Virus record (IMG/VR): IMGVR_UViG_3300048854_000076
Location: 1 to 54,182 of that record
From: a virus
Lineage: Duplodnaviria; Caudoviricetes
Strand: one strand, 5' to 3'
Length of the DNA stretch: 54,182 nt
Shown: piece by piece, positions 43,480 through 53,333 of the stretch
Position numbering within the stretch: the first letter of the stretch is position 1
How the letters are laid out: every line of letters starts with the position of its first letter
Notes under the pieces: model-generated
Told to the model about the DNA's origin: nothing
What the model saw: only the letters and a program-made list of their open reading frames with translations
The model's database searches: none
Position numbers and translations under genes: made by a program

Positions 43480-43521
43480 GCGACGAAGGATGGGATCTGA
43501 TTTACACAGAGGGATGGGACT

Positions 43522-44373
43522 TTGGCTGATCTCTCAGAAGTATCCAACACGCTCGTCGGGCTGGTCGCTGGCATCTTGTACCCGAATGGCACGGCCAATC
43601 CGGTAAGCCCCGGTGTCGGCGCACAGTGTCGCGTCGGCGCAGGCTGGCCGACCAGCGCGCAGCTCGACCCGGATCTCGCCGGCGGCATCGTCAACGTGTC
43701 CATCTACCCGATGAACATCGAGCGCCAGATGGGCAACTTCATGGAGTTCTGGCAACTGATCAACCGGACTCCACCCACGGTAACGCTGAATGCGAGCGGT
43801 CAAGCGATAACGCTCGGCGGCACATTGCCGACTCCGGCAATCGCGCAGAACGTGGCGGTGCTGATCGGGCAGAACCCGTTTGCATACGCGGTTCAGGCAA
43901 GCGACACGCTCAGCACCATCGCCAGCGCGCTCGCAACGCTCATCGCTGTGACCTACCCCGGCACGACGTCGAACGGCGCAGTGATCACGCTGCCGGCCGG
44001 TACGCCGCAAGTCTCGCTGCGCACTGGCGGGACCGCGCTGATGGGCAAGGAAGTAGGGCGGCAAATTCGCGACTTCCGCATGGTCATTTGGGCGCCGACG
44101 CCGGCCTTGCGCGACGCAACGGCGAAGGCTATCGATCCATCTCTGCGCCAGATCAACTTTCTGACGCTGCCCGATGGATTCGGCGGCCGGCTGAAGTATG
44201 TCAAGACCGACATTGTCGATCAGCAGGAGAAAGCGAACCTGTATCGCCGCGATCTCTGCTACTCGGTCGAGTATCCGTCGACGGTCACGCAAGTGGCTAC
44301 AGACGTCACCATCGGCGTCCTGAATCTGGTCGATCCCACAACGGGCGCGATCATCAAGCAACGTATCTATTAA
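43522..44373 (+). CDS. Tail terminator/neck protein
   Basis: TTG start with GGGA RBS; upstream of sheath. Confidence 0.6.
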   Translation: MADLSEVSNTLVGLVAGILYPNGTANPVSPGVGAQCRVGAGWPTSAQLDPDLAGGIVNVSIYPMNIERQMGNFMEFWQLINRTPPTVTLNASGQAITLGGTLPTPAIAQNVAVLIGQNPFAYAVQASDTLSTIASALATLIAVTYPGTTSNGAVITLPAGTPQVSLRTGGTALMGKEVGRQIRDFRMVIWAPTPALRDATAKAIDPSLRQINFLTLPDGFGGRLKYVKTDIVDQQEKANLYRRDLCYSVEYPSTVTQVATDVTIGVLNLVDPTTGAIIKQRIY

Positions 44374-44383
44374 TGGAGCCTTC

Positions 44384-44527
44384 ATGGCTGACATCAAACT
44401 CGTCGTGATCCATCCGTTTGGCGACTACCAGCGCGGCGACGCGATCACCGACGCGGAAACCATCGCCGAAGTGCTCGATGGTGAAAACGCATCTTCGGTA
44501 AATCGCGTTGCGGTCGACGCGCAGTAA
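44384..44527 (+). CDS. Small tail-associated protein
   Basis: GGAG RBS; LVV.HPFGDY.RGD.I. Confidence 0.6.
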   Translation: MADIKLVVIHPFGDYQRGDAITDAETIAEVLDGENASSVNRVAVDAQ

Positions 44528-44548
44528 AAACCCCCGTTAATTCCTGAG

Positions 44549-44577
44549 AACCCCGTCGAGTGCGGGGTTTTTCATTT
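44549..44577 (+). terminator. Intrinsic terminator
   Basis: aaccccg...cggggtt followed by tttcattt. Confidence 0.65.
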
Positions 44578-44590
44578 GGAGCACCACTGA

Positions 44591-46153
44591 ATGTCTATCA
44601 GCCAGGCTGGTCAATTAAACGTCAGCGCCTTGGGCGCACCGGGCGTATATCTGCAAATCGTGCCGCCCGCGCCCGTCATCAACGGCATCCCGACGAACCT
44701 GCTTGGCCTGGTTGGCATCGGCTCGTGGGGTCCGGTCAATAGCGCGACGCTCATCGGCTCGCCGAACGATCAAGCGAACTGGCTCGGCTCGCCGCAGGTT
44801 CGCAAATACGACTTGTCGACGGCCGTGTCTGTTGCGCTCGCCGGCGGCGCCACCGCGATCCAGTACGTGCGGATCACGGACGGCACCGACACGGCCGCCA
44901 CGACCACGGTGATGGACACGTTCGCGACTCCTGCCATCGGCATGACGCTGACCGCGCTCTACACCGGCACCGGCGGCAACGGCATCACCGCGGCCATGAC
45001 AGCCGGCACGAAAGCGTCGACGTTCAAGCTGACGATCACGCGTCCGGGCTTCACGCCGGAAGTGTTCGACAACATCGGCGGTACGGCTGCGGCGTTCTGG
45101 GCTAATGCGGTATCGGCAGTGAACAACGGCTTGTCAGGCGTGCGCGGCCCGTCGCAGATCATGGTCGCAACGCAAGGCCCGTCAGTGACAGCGCCGAACG
45201 TCTCGGCCACCTACACCGCAGCGAGCGGCCTCGATGGCACGACGACCATCACCGACACGCTGCTGGTCGGCACCGATGGCACGAGCACCACGCGCAAGGG
45301 CATGTATGCACTGCGCGGCTCGGGTGTGCAAGTCGCTGCACTCGTCGATCACAGCGATCTGACGGCTGCCAGCACGGTTCTCGCGTTCGCGCTGTCCGAA
45401 GGCATCTACTTCGGCTTGCAAGGCGCACCGGGCGCGTCGTACTCGACCGTATCTACCGCGCTGAACTTGGCCGGCGCTGACGGCTACGGCATCAAGGTCA
45501 TGGTCGGCGATTGGATCTATTGGCAGGACAACGTCAATAACCAGCAGCGCTTGCTCGGGCCGACGACCTTCTGGGCGCCGAATCAGGCATCCATGGCGCC
45601 GCACCTGTCGAGCCTGAACGATCCGATCTTCGGCATCGCCAGCACGCAGCGGATCTCGCAGAAGAACGCGTACAGCCAAGCGGAGATCGGCCAGATCGTC
45701 GCATCGCGTCTTGACGTGATCACGAACCCGTCGCCGGGTGGCAACTATTACGCCAACCAGACCGGGCGCAACGCGTCGAGCAATCCCGCAATCAACGGCG
45801 ACAACTACACGCGGATGACGAATTACCTCGCGCTGACGTTGTCCGCTGCGTTCGGGTACGTGATCGGCAAGCCGCAGACGACGAGCCTCCGCAATGACGC
45901 GAAAGCGGCGATGCAGAACTTCCTGTCGAACCTGTGGACGCTCGGCATGATCGGCGACGTGAACAACCCGGCAGCGGTGCCGTATGTCGTGCAGATCGAC
46001 GCGAACAACAACCCGCAGCAAGCCGTTTCGACCGGCTACATGACGGCGAATGTGACCGTCAAGTATCTGTCGATCGTGTTCTATTTCGTCATCAACTTGC
46101 AGGGCGGCCAGACAGTCGTCGTCAAGTCGTCGAGCAGCGTTTCCGCCGGCTAA
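44591..46153 (+). CDS. Tail sheath protein
   Basis: PGVY.QIV, WGPVN, R.TNY; 520 aa. Confidence 0.9.
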   Translation: MSISQAGQLNVSALGAPGVYLQIVPPAPVINGIPTNLLGLVGIGSWGPVNSATLIGSPNDQANWLGSPQVRKYDLSTAVSVALAGGATAIQYVRITDGTDTAATTTVMDTFATPAIGMTLTALYTGTGGNGITAAMTAGTKASTFKLTITRPGFTPEVFDNIGGTAAAFWANAVSAVNNGLSGVRGPSQIMVATQGPSVTAPNVSATYTAASGLDGTTTITDTLLVGTDGTSTTRKGMYALRGSGVQVAALVDHSDLTAASTVLAFALSEGIYFGLQGAPGASYSTVSTALNLAGADGYGIKVMVGDWIYWQDNVNNQQRLLGPTTFWAPNQASMAPHLSSLNDPIFGIASTQRISQKNAYSQAEIGQIVASRLDVITNPSPGGNYYANQTGRNASSNPAINGDNYTRMTNYLALTLSAAFGYVIGKPQTTSLRNDAKAAMQNFLSNLWTLGMIGDVNNPAAVPYVVQIDANNNPQQAVSTGYMTANVTVKYLSIVFYFVINLQGGQTVVVKSSSSVSAG

Positions 46154-46220
46154 TCGCCATTCCAATGCAGCACGATGGCCATCCAATCGGGTGGCCCTTT
46201 TCTTTTTCTAGGTGCATACC

Positions 46221-46652
46221 ATGCCTGTGAATGGCTATACAGTCGGGCGCGACATTACGATCAGCGTTCAGACTCCGAGCGGTCCGCTTCAATTGAATGG
46301 TGTCGTCAAGTTCACGAAAAAACGTGACGTGACGAGCAAGAAGGTCAAGAAGATCAACGGTCTCACCGACACACTCGTCTTCCCGGATGGGTGGAGTGGC
46401 GTGATCGACATCGAGCGCCAAGATAGCACCGTCGATTCTTACTTCGCGGTCTTGGAAGCCGGTTACTACTCCGGCCAGAACTCGCTGACGGGCAGCATCA
46501 CCGAGACCATCACGGAAACGAGCGGCGCTGTTTCTCAGTTCCAGTACACGGCGGTCGTGCTGAACCTGACGAATGCAGGCGACGCGATGGCCGATGAGAC
46601 CGTGAAGATGAATATCGATTGGACCGCTCAGCAGCGCGTCCAGGTGCAATAA
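46221..46652 (+). CDS. Tail tube protein
   Basis: Follows sheath; 143 aa; beta-rich. Confidence 0.8.
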   Translation: MPVNGYTVGRDITISVQTPSGPLQLNGVVKFTKKRDVTSKKVKKINGLTDTLVFPDGWSGVIDIERQDSTVDSYFAVLEAGYYSGQNSLTGSITETITETSGAVSQFQYTAVVLNLTNAGDAMADETVKMNIDWTAQQRVQVQ

Positions 46653-46702
46653 CATCCGGCCGGCCTCGCGCCGGTCTCCCGAACACTCTCACCTAAAAGA
46701 CG

Positions 46703-47080
46703 ATGGCAAAAATAACTGTGCGTGATGCCGGCGATCTGCCGAGTCAGACGATTGTGAAGCAAGCCGCGGCGCGCGTGGTGATCGAAGACGCACGTGGTCG
46801 CTCTATCACGCTGCAAAAGCCGGGCGTGCTCGCGCAATTCCGCCTGATCAAGATTCTCGGCGATACCGCGAAGAACACGACCTACGTGCAGATGGTTCTG
46901 CCACTCACGTACGTGGTCGAGATCGACGGGCTGGATGTTGCGCAACCGAATAGCGAGCGCGAGATCGACGCACTGATCAGCCGACTCGATGAGGACGGCG
47001 TGACGGCGGTGATGATCGGCGTGCAAGAGCACTTCGGCTCGGGCAGTGCAGATCAAGCGAAGGAAGAAATAAAAAACTAG
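46703..47080 (+). CDS. Tail assembly chaperone (G-like)
   Basis: D.RGR.I.L; ends at slippery A AAA AAC TAG. Confidence 0.8.
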   Translation: MAKITVRDAGDLPSQTIVKQAAARVVIEDARGRSITLQKPGVLAQFRLIKILGDTAKNTTYVQMVLPLTYVVEIDGLDVAQPNSEREIDALISRLDEDGVTAVMIGVQEHFGSGSADQAKEEIKN

Positions 47081-47250
47081 CGCAGTCGGTCCCGATCAGC
47101 GAAGCGCTTTGGCTCGTGAAGAACGGCATCCCGTTCGACGTGGCCTTTGCGTTGGACGATGTGACGCGCGCTGCCTTCTCCATCAAGTTCTCAGAGTTTG
47201 AAGGCCACAAATTCAACTTTAGAACGATGGAATTCGAGGAATCGAAATGA
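47071..47250 (+). CDS. -1 frameshift extension of the chaperone (GT-like)
   Basis: -1 frame open: LAQSVPISEALWLVKNGIPFDVAF...EESK; stop overlaps next ATG. Confidence 0.75.
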   Translation, partial: KKLAQSVPISEALWLVKNGIPFDVAFALDDVTRAAFSIKFSEFEGHKFNFRTMEFEESK

Positions 47251-47738
47251 GCGAGTTCACCAGCCTCGGGCAGTTCGCGCGGCATCTGGCGACGATGGAA
47301 GTCGCTGTTGCGCTGGAATTGCGCCGAGGTCTGGATAGGGTCGCGACAGCCGTCAAGCAGACAGCGAAAGACGAGATCGGCGTGTATCAACCCGCGATCG
47401 GACCATTCGCCGCGTGGAGTCCTCTCGCTGAATCAACAGTTGCCGATCGTGTGGCGAAGGGCTATTCGCCCGATCAGCCATTGTTGCGCGATGGAACCAT
47501 GCGCGATTCGATCGACAAGGATGTTTCTGGCACGGAAGCGGTGATCGGCTCGACGAGCGACATCGCGGTCTACCAGGAACTTGGGACCGACAAAATACCG
47601 CCTCGCCCGTTTCTCGGGCCGGCCGTCTTGCATAACGAAGAACTGATCAAGCGGATTCTCGGTCGCGCATTCGTGGTTGGCTTGCTCGGCAAGGGAAATT
47701 TGCCGGCTGAACTCGGATATGACGCCAAGATCGATTAG
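47247..47738 (+). CDS. Tail completion/virion morphogenesis protein
   Basis: W.PLAEST..R, PLLRDG.MR.SI, YQELGT.KIPPRPFL. Confidence 0.8.
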   Translation: MSEFTSLGQFARHLATMEVAVALELRRGLDRVATAVKQTAKDEIGVYQPAIGPFAAWSPLAESTVADRVAKGYSPDQPLLRDGTMRDSIDKDVSGTEAVIGSTSDIAVYQELGTDKIPPRPFLGPAVLHNEELIKRILGRAFVVGLLGKGNLPAELGYDAKID

Positions 47739-47977
47739 CCGGTAATCAGCGCCCACGCGATCATGCCGAGGAAAAACAGCACGATCCCGGCGATCGCAAT
47801 GCCGCCAAGGCTGAACAAAATGATGTCGACACGACGCCAGAACGGCATCGGATAGGCGAACTTGATTGGTGCCTGCAACTTGCCGGATTCATTCATCGGC
47901 TTGACGGACGGGTATTGCACCGATTGAAACCGGTCGGCGGCCCACTCATGCAGGCGATATTTCAGAGAGCGATTCAT
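47735..47977 (-). CDS. Antisense-oriented 80-aa membrane protein
   Basis: Fills the gap; C-terminal TM; AAGG RBS. Confidence 0.65.
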   Translation of the reverse strand: MNRSLKYRLHEWAADRFQSVQYPSVKPMNESGKLQAPIKFAYPMPFWRRVDIILFSLGGIAIAGIVLFFLGMIAWALITG

Positions 47978-49904
47978 GTTTGAAGCCTTCAAAATTGGCG
48001 TGCGGATCAGCCTGATTAACCACGCTTCTCTTGGGCTGGCGGCACTTGGTAAGGATTTTCTCAAAACTGAAGAGCAAGCATCACTTCTTCAGAAGCGTAT
48101 TGATAGTATCAACAAGCAAGCAGTAAAGGGCGGTTTGATGCTAGGCTTGGGCGCTGGCATTGCCGGAATGCTCAAAGGACCGTACGAACAAGCCAAAAAG
48201 CTAGAGCAAGAACGCCAAAAGTTCGAGACGCTGAATCTTTCTCCGGAGTCCAACGCCGCGGCGTTCGCTCAGGCGACCACGCTTGCGCACAAGAATCTCG
48301 GATCGACGATTAGCGAGAATATAGGGCTGATTCGTGACTTGCATACGGCGTTTGGTGACTTGCCGCATGCGCTGGGAATGTCCGAGGACTTCCAGAAATT
48401 TAGCATCATGTCTCGCGTGCAGAACGACGGCAAGCCGGTCGAAGGGCTCGTCTACAACGCTGTGAAGGCGCTTGAACACCGCGGCGACCGCCTCACGCAG
48501 CACCCCGACGAGATGAAAGACGAATTGCGTCGGATGTCGCAGGATTACACCGGCTCTGGCGGGAAGATCACGCCAAACGACTTTTTCCACGCGTCACAGA
48601 CCGGGAAAATGGCGTACACGATGTACGACAAGGACTATTTATACGGTCCTTTCGCCGCGTATATGCAGGCAAAAACTGGCCCTACGGCGGGCACGGCTGG
48701 CATGACGGCGTTTAGTTCGCTGATCGGCGGTCACATGGATGACAAGGCGAAGGGCTTTCTGGCATCGCTCGGCCTCCTGCAAATCGGCGTGAGCAAGGAG
48801 CAGGTCAAGCTTGTCAACGCGTCGATCGAAGGGCTGGATCTGCCGGCCAAAGAGAAGGCGAAACTGCGCAAAGCGGAAATGCCGCTCACCGGCGGCTTGA
48901 CTGCGGATAACGCGACGCTGTTTGCGCACCGGCCCGATCAGTTCATCTCGAGCGTGCTCGTTCCGGCCATCCGCAAGCGCTACGGGATGGATCTGACGAA
49001 CGAACAGATCGCGGAAATGGTCGCGTCGAAGTTCAACCGATCGACCGGCGATTTCATTGGCGAGCACATCGTCAACGGTCAGAAGTTCGCGAAAGACACG
49101 GTTATCTTCAACAATGCGAAGGATTACGAGAGCGGCTATCAGCAATACATCAAGTCGCCAGAAGGCGCGGAAATAGCGGCGGACGCAGCCTGGAAGAACT
49201 TCCTGGCAATGTTCGGCACTGTATATCTTCCCGTCATCACTGGCGGCTTGATCAAGCTTGCCGGCGGGCTCGATTCGCTCGCGCAAACGGTCCAGAACCA
49301 TCCGGCAATGTTCAAGGCGCTTGCCTATGCGCTGATTGGCTTGTCTGGCGCGCTGATGTTCCGCGGCACGGTGCTGATCCTGACGGCTGCGCTGCGCGGT
49401 CTCGGGCTCGCCATGACGATGCAGGCTGTCGGCGGGGCGGCTGGAATGGGAAAGATCGTTTCAATGATCGGCGGTGCCAGCAAGTTTTCGCTGTTCGGCG
49501 CTATCGGCATGCTGGCGAACCCGATCGGAATTGCGGTTCTCGCGCTCGGCACGCTTGTCGCAGCAGCGTATGCATTCCGGCCGCTCACGCAGTCCGAAGT
49601 CGATGCAGCCAAGACGGACGGCGGCGTAAAGCTGACGCCTGATGCGCAGCGTCGAATTGACGCTGATGGGGCAAAGCTGACGCCTGATGCGCTACGGCGC
49701 CCGGCGGCCGAGGTCACCGGCAGTCCTCACATCGCAACGGGCGGCAATGGATCAACGACCGTTCATGTCCACGCCACTATGGACGGGACGCCGATCGTTA
49801 CGAATGTTGCCAAGGTTCTTGTCCGCAAGCTGAACCCGAGTCTCGGGACCGGTCACTTCGACCCGCGCGCCACGCCGCTGAGCCAGTACACAACCGGACC
49901 TTGA
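47976..49904 (+). CDS. Tail tape measure protein
   Basis: Position; helical; hydrophobic C-terminal segments with LANPIG. Confidence 0.8.
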   Translation: MFEAFKIGVRISLINHASLGLAALGKDFLKTEEQASLLQKRIDSINKQAVKGGLMLGLGAGIAGMLKGPYEQAKKLEQERQKFETLNLSPESNAAAFAQATTLAHKNLGSTISENIGLIRDLHTAFGDLPHALGMSEDFQKFSIMSRVQNDGKPVEGLVYNAVKALEHRGDRLTQHPDEMKDELRRMSQDYTGSGGKITPNDFFHASQTGKMAYTMYDKDYLYGPFAAYMQAKTGPTAGTAGMTAFSSLIGGHMDDKAKGFLASLGLLQIGVSKEQVKLVNASIEGLDLPAKEKAKLRKAEMPLTGGLTADNATLFAHRPDQFISSVLVPAIRKRYGMDLTNEQIAEMVASKFNRSTGDFIGEHIVNGQKFAKDTVIFNNAKDYESGYQQYIKSPEGAEIAADAAWKNFLAMFGTVYLPVITGGLIKLAGGLDSLAQTVQNHPAMFKALAYALIGLSGALMFRGTVLILTAALRGLGLAMTMQAVGGAAGMGKIVSMIGGASKFSLFGAIGMLANPIGIAVLALGTLVAAAYAFRPLTQSEVDAAKTDGGVKLTPDAQRRIDADGAKLTPDALRRPAAEVTGSPHIATGGNGSTTVHVHATMDGTPIVTNVAKVLVRKLNPSLGTGHFDPRATPLSQYTTGP

Positions 49905-49905
49905 T

Positions 49906-50868
49906 ATGGCTGTAACGCTTCAACTCGGCGACTTCACGTTCGCTGACAACGAGATCCCCGAGCGAATCGTGATGTCTACAGCGATCCGCGCCGTCGTCCG
50001 CAAGATGGTCGGCGGTGCGCGCTCGGTGAACATGATGGGTTACGACCCGCAGCCGATTGAATGGTCGGGCATGCTGCTCGGCTCGAATGCGTTGTCTCGA
50101 GCGCGAACGCTGAAGCAGATGGCGCTCGCGCAAAAGATGCTGACGCTGACGTTCAGCGAATACAGCTATACGGTGGTGATCAGCGATTTCGTCGAGGATT
50201 TCGCACGCGAGTACGAGATTTACTACCGCATCCGCCTGGAAGTAGTCGCAGACAGTTACGGGCAACAGAGCGCGGCCGCACCTGGTATCGATTCGCTCAT
50301 TGGTGGCGACATTTCGATGGCAAACGGCATTTGCTCGAGCATCGGTAATGCCGGCTTGACGTCTTCCATGGGCACGCTCACGACGGCTATCTCGGCCGTA
50401 TCGAGCTTCGCGACGGCGGCAAAAAGCACGCTCAACACTGTGCTCGGACCGCTCGCGATGGCTCAAGCGCAAGTTAAAACGCTGATTGCAGCCGGCGAGA
50501 ACACGCTGCAAAGCGTCTCGACTGTGGGCGGCCTATTGCCGAACAATCCGATCGCGCAGCAGGTATCGCGTCTGAGCGGCCAACTGAACACCATGACGCA
50601 GCAGCCGCAGTTGATCACGCTGAGCGGCGTGCTTTCGCGCGTCAGTACGAACATCGGCCAGATCAGTTCTGCATCCAAGACGATCACGGTCGTCGGCGGC
50701 AATCTGTACGACATTGCGGCCAAGTATTACAAGGACGCCACCGGCTGGGTAGCGATCTCGCAGGCTAACCCGGCGCTCAAGGGCGACCCGAACATATCCG
50801 GCACGCAGACGATCGCGTTGCCACCCACGAACACCGCAGCAGCATCAGATGGAGTAGCTAATGCCTAG
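49906..50868 (+). CDS. Tube initiator/baseplate protein with C-terminal LysM-like domain
   Basis: GGNLYDIAAKYY.DA..W..I..AN. Confidence 0.75.
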   Translation: MAVTLQLGDFTFADNEIPERIVMSTAIRAVVRKMVGGARSVNMMGYDPQPIEWSGMLLGSNALSRARTLKQMALAQKMLTLTFSEYSYTVVISDFVEDFAREYEIYYRIRLEVVADSYGQQSAAAPGIDSLIGGDISMANGICSSIGNAGLTSSMGTLTTAISAVSSFATAAKSTLNTVLGPLAMAQAQVKTLIAAGENTLQSVSTVGGLLPNNPIAQQVSRLSGQLNTMTQQPQLITLSGVLSRVSTNIGQISSASKTITVVGGNLYDIAAKYYKDATGWVAISQANPALKGDPNISGTQTIALPPTNTAAASDGVANA

Positions 50869-52288
50869 TGATGGCCGCATCCAAGTGACGAAGCCAGTAG
50901 GGCTAGTAACAGCGCCACGCGGAGCGGTTCGCATAAATGGCAATCTGGTCTCGGCGGACATTGAATGGTCGGTCGAGAACAATGCGCTTTCCTCTGCTGA
51001 CACGTTCACGATCAGTTTCATCGGCGCGTCACTGCCGCCGGCGAACAACGTGAACTGGTTCAGCCAGCAGAAAGACATGTATGTCGAGATATTCGCGGGA
51101 TTCCCGGACGACTACATGCACTATTCGCCGAGCGACCTGACGAAGCTGATCTACGGCCAGGCCGACACGATCGATTACGACATTGCGGCCGACATCGTGA
51201 CCGTTCACGGGCGAGACCTGACGCGCGTGTTCATCGATGCGAAGACAACCGAGAAATTCCAGAATCAGACGTCATCGCAGATCGCCACGACACTGGCGAC
51301 CCGCCGCGGCTTGACCGCGAGCGTCACCGCGACGAAGAAACCTGCCGGCGCGTATTACGACATCGAGCATGTCAGCCTGCAGGACGAGCGGACCGAGTGG
51401 GACATCCTATCGTTCCTCGCGCAGCAAGAAGGCTTCGTCGTCTATGTGAAGGATCAGACGCTCTATTTCAATCCGCCGAATAGCCCCGCACCGAGAGATA
51501 CGTCTGCGTTGCAGGCGCAACTCAATGCCGTCGTAGCGCAGACAAATTTGGCGAATGACCAAGCTGGCGCGCTTACTGATCAGGCGGTAGCGCTGATGGG
51601 GCAGGGCGATGCGCAGGCTGCAGCCGGGAATCAAGCCGGGTCGCATGCGCTCTATCAGCAAGCGACGGCCGCCAACAACCAGGCGCTGAGCATTCTGGCT
51701 AACTCGAAAGCGACGCTACTCCCACAAGCGGCCTCACTGAAAGCGCAGATTGCAGGCGCGGCCGGGATTGGCACATACCCGATTGTGTGGACGCAGGTCA
51801 ATCCGCAGTCGGCCGGTTATCGCGCAGCGGCCGGCAACGTAGAGGATATGTCGTTTCAGCGCACGCTCACGGTCTCGCGCGGGATCACGGTCGTGGTTCG
51901 ATCGTGGAGCGACAAGACGCAGGCCGGGTTCAATGCGACCTATCCCGCAACGAAGGCCGGCACGCTGAAGCCGGGGCAAGCCACGCCGTTTAAAGGCGGA
52001 CAGACGTTCACGTTCTTTCGCCCTAACATCGACAAGCAAACCGCGCTCGCGTTCGCGCAGCAGCAATACAACCTCATCGTGCAGCACGAGATGAAGATGA
52101 GTTGCCGGATTCCAGGCGACGTCACATTGAACGCTCAAACGATCATCCAAGTGTCGGGCACGAACACGGCATTCGATCAGACCTATTACCCGTCCGCGAT
52201 CACTCGCCACATGTCATTCGACGGTGGCTTTGAAATGAACGTGAGCGCGAAGAATCACAGCGCAATCTCTCAGGCGGTCGCACTTTGA
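50861..52288 (+). CDS. Baseplate hub (gpD/Mu gp44-like)
   Basis: GRDLT..FID, EWD.L..LA..EGF. Confidence 0.8.
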   Translation: MPSDGRIQVTKPVGLVTAPRGAVRINGNLVSADIEWSVENNALSSADTFTISFIGASLPPANNVNWFSQQKDMYVEIFAGFPDDYMHYSPSDLTKLIYGQADTIDYDIAADIVTVHGRDLTRVFIDAKTTEKFQNQTSSQIATTLATRRGLTASVTATKKPAGAYYDIEHVSLQDERTEWDILSFLAQQEGFVVYVKDQTLYFNPPNSPAPRDTSALQAQLNAVVAQTNLANDQAGALTDQAVALMGQGDAQAAAGNQAGSHALYQQATAANNQALSILANSKATLLPQAASLKAQIAGAAGIGTYPIVWTQVNPQSAGYRAAAGNVEDMSFQRTLTVSRGITVVVRSWSDKTQAGFNATYPATKAGTLKPGQATPFKGGQTFTFFRPNIDKQTALAFAQQQYNLIVQHEMKMSCRIPGDVTLNAQTIIQVSGTNTAFDQTYYPSAITRHMSFDGGFEMNVSAKNHSAISQAVAL

Positions 52289-52935
52289 CGCATTACCACG
52301 AACTAGCAAATACGATGCGCTCGCATGCTGAAGCGGCGGCCGGGCGCATCCCGAAGCCTCGCATGGCGACGATCAGCAGCTACAACGCGTCGACGCACTC
52401 GGTGAAGGTCACGTTTCAAGGCGTCGGCGATAACGACTTCACTGAAACGGGCTGGATTCCGCTCGGCGCGGTAGGCGTAGGGAAGGGCTTCGGCGTGCTG
52501 TCTGCGCCCAATATTGGCGACATGGTGATGATCTCGTTCACGGACGGATCGAACTCGGCGCCGAAGATCACGGGGCGGTTCTTCTCGACGATCAACACGC
52601 CTCCTGCGGTTCCAGCCGGCGAGACGTGGATCGTTCACAAGAGCGGATCACTGCTCAAGTTTCACAACGATGGTTCGGTCGAGATGAAATCCGCCACGAC
52701 GACCACGTACACGGCCACGCAGCACCATTTCGTCGGCCCCGTGCTGATGGACAACACGCTGACCGGTTCGCAGGGGATCGCGATCTCCGGCGACAACGGC
52801 TCGGGCAACGCGTCGACCGTGACGGGCAACTTCAACACGACCGGCACGATCACGAACAACGGCCACAACATCGGCAGCACACACCAGCACAGCGGCGTCC
52901 AGACAGGCGGCGGCAACACAGGAGCACCGCTATGA
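52285..52935 (+). CDS. Baseplate spike (gpV-like)
   Basis: TGWIP, P.IGD.V, C-terminal HQH.GV..G...TG.P. Confidence 0.9.
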   Translation: MTHYHELANTMRSHAEAAAGRIPKPRMATISSYNASTHSVKVTFQGVGDNDFTETGWIPLGAVGVGKGFGVLSAPNIGDMVMISFTDGSNSAPKITGRFFSTINTPPAVPAGETWIVHKSGSLLKFHNDGSVEMKSATTTTYTATQHHFVGPVLMDNTLTGSQGIAISGDNGSGNASTVTGNFNTTGTITNNGHNIGSTHQHSGVQTGGGNTGAPL

Positions 52936-53333
52936 CCGATTTGAATCACGAGTGGAGCAACGACATCGCGCTTTCGCCGAACGGTGACCTGGCGATCGCA
53001 ACCGGCGACACGCTCGCGCAACAGGAATTGCTCCGCGCACTGTTCACGAGCCCCGTTCTGAACGATCAGGCTGGCAACCCGTTCGCATCGCCTGACTACA
53101 CGTTCCACGCGACATTCGGCGCGGGACTCGGGCGGCGTATTGGGCGCCCCATGGCTCCAAGCGAGACGCGCGCCGCGATCCTGTCATCGATCGCCACCAT
53201 CGCAGGCATCGCGCAGTCTCCCGCGCCGAACGTCATCGTCGCGCCGTTCAACAACGGCATGTCGGTAACGATCCAGTACGCCGACGCCGTGACGGGCCAG
53301 AACGCAACCCTATCATTCGACATAAACCAATAA
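52932..53333 (+). CDS. Baseplate wedge (gpW/gp25-like)
   Basis: GDLA..LLRALFT..DY.FH..FGAGL. Confidence 0.8.
   Translation: MTDLNHEWSNDIALSPNGDLAIATGDTLAQQELLRALFTSPVLNDQAGNPFASPDYTFHATFGAGLGRRIGRPMAPSETRAAILSSIATIAGIAQSPAPNVIVAPFNNGMSVTIQYADAVTGQNATLSFDINQ

Noticed and set aside
40942-46186. Long antisense ORFs (e.g. 40942-42165, 43534-44397, 45182-46186; also 8332-9300)
   Set aside because: Shadow frames expected from high-GC codon bias opposite well-supported structural genes.
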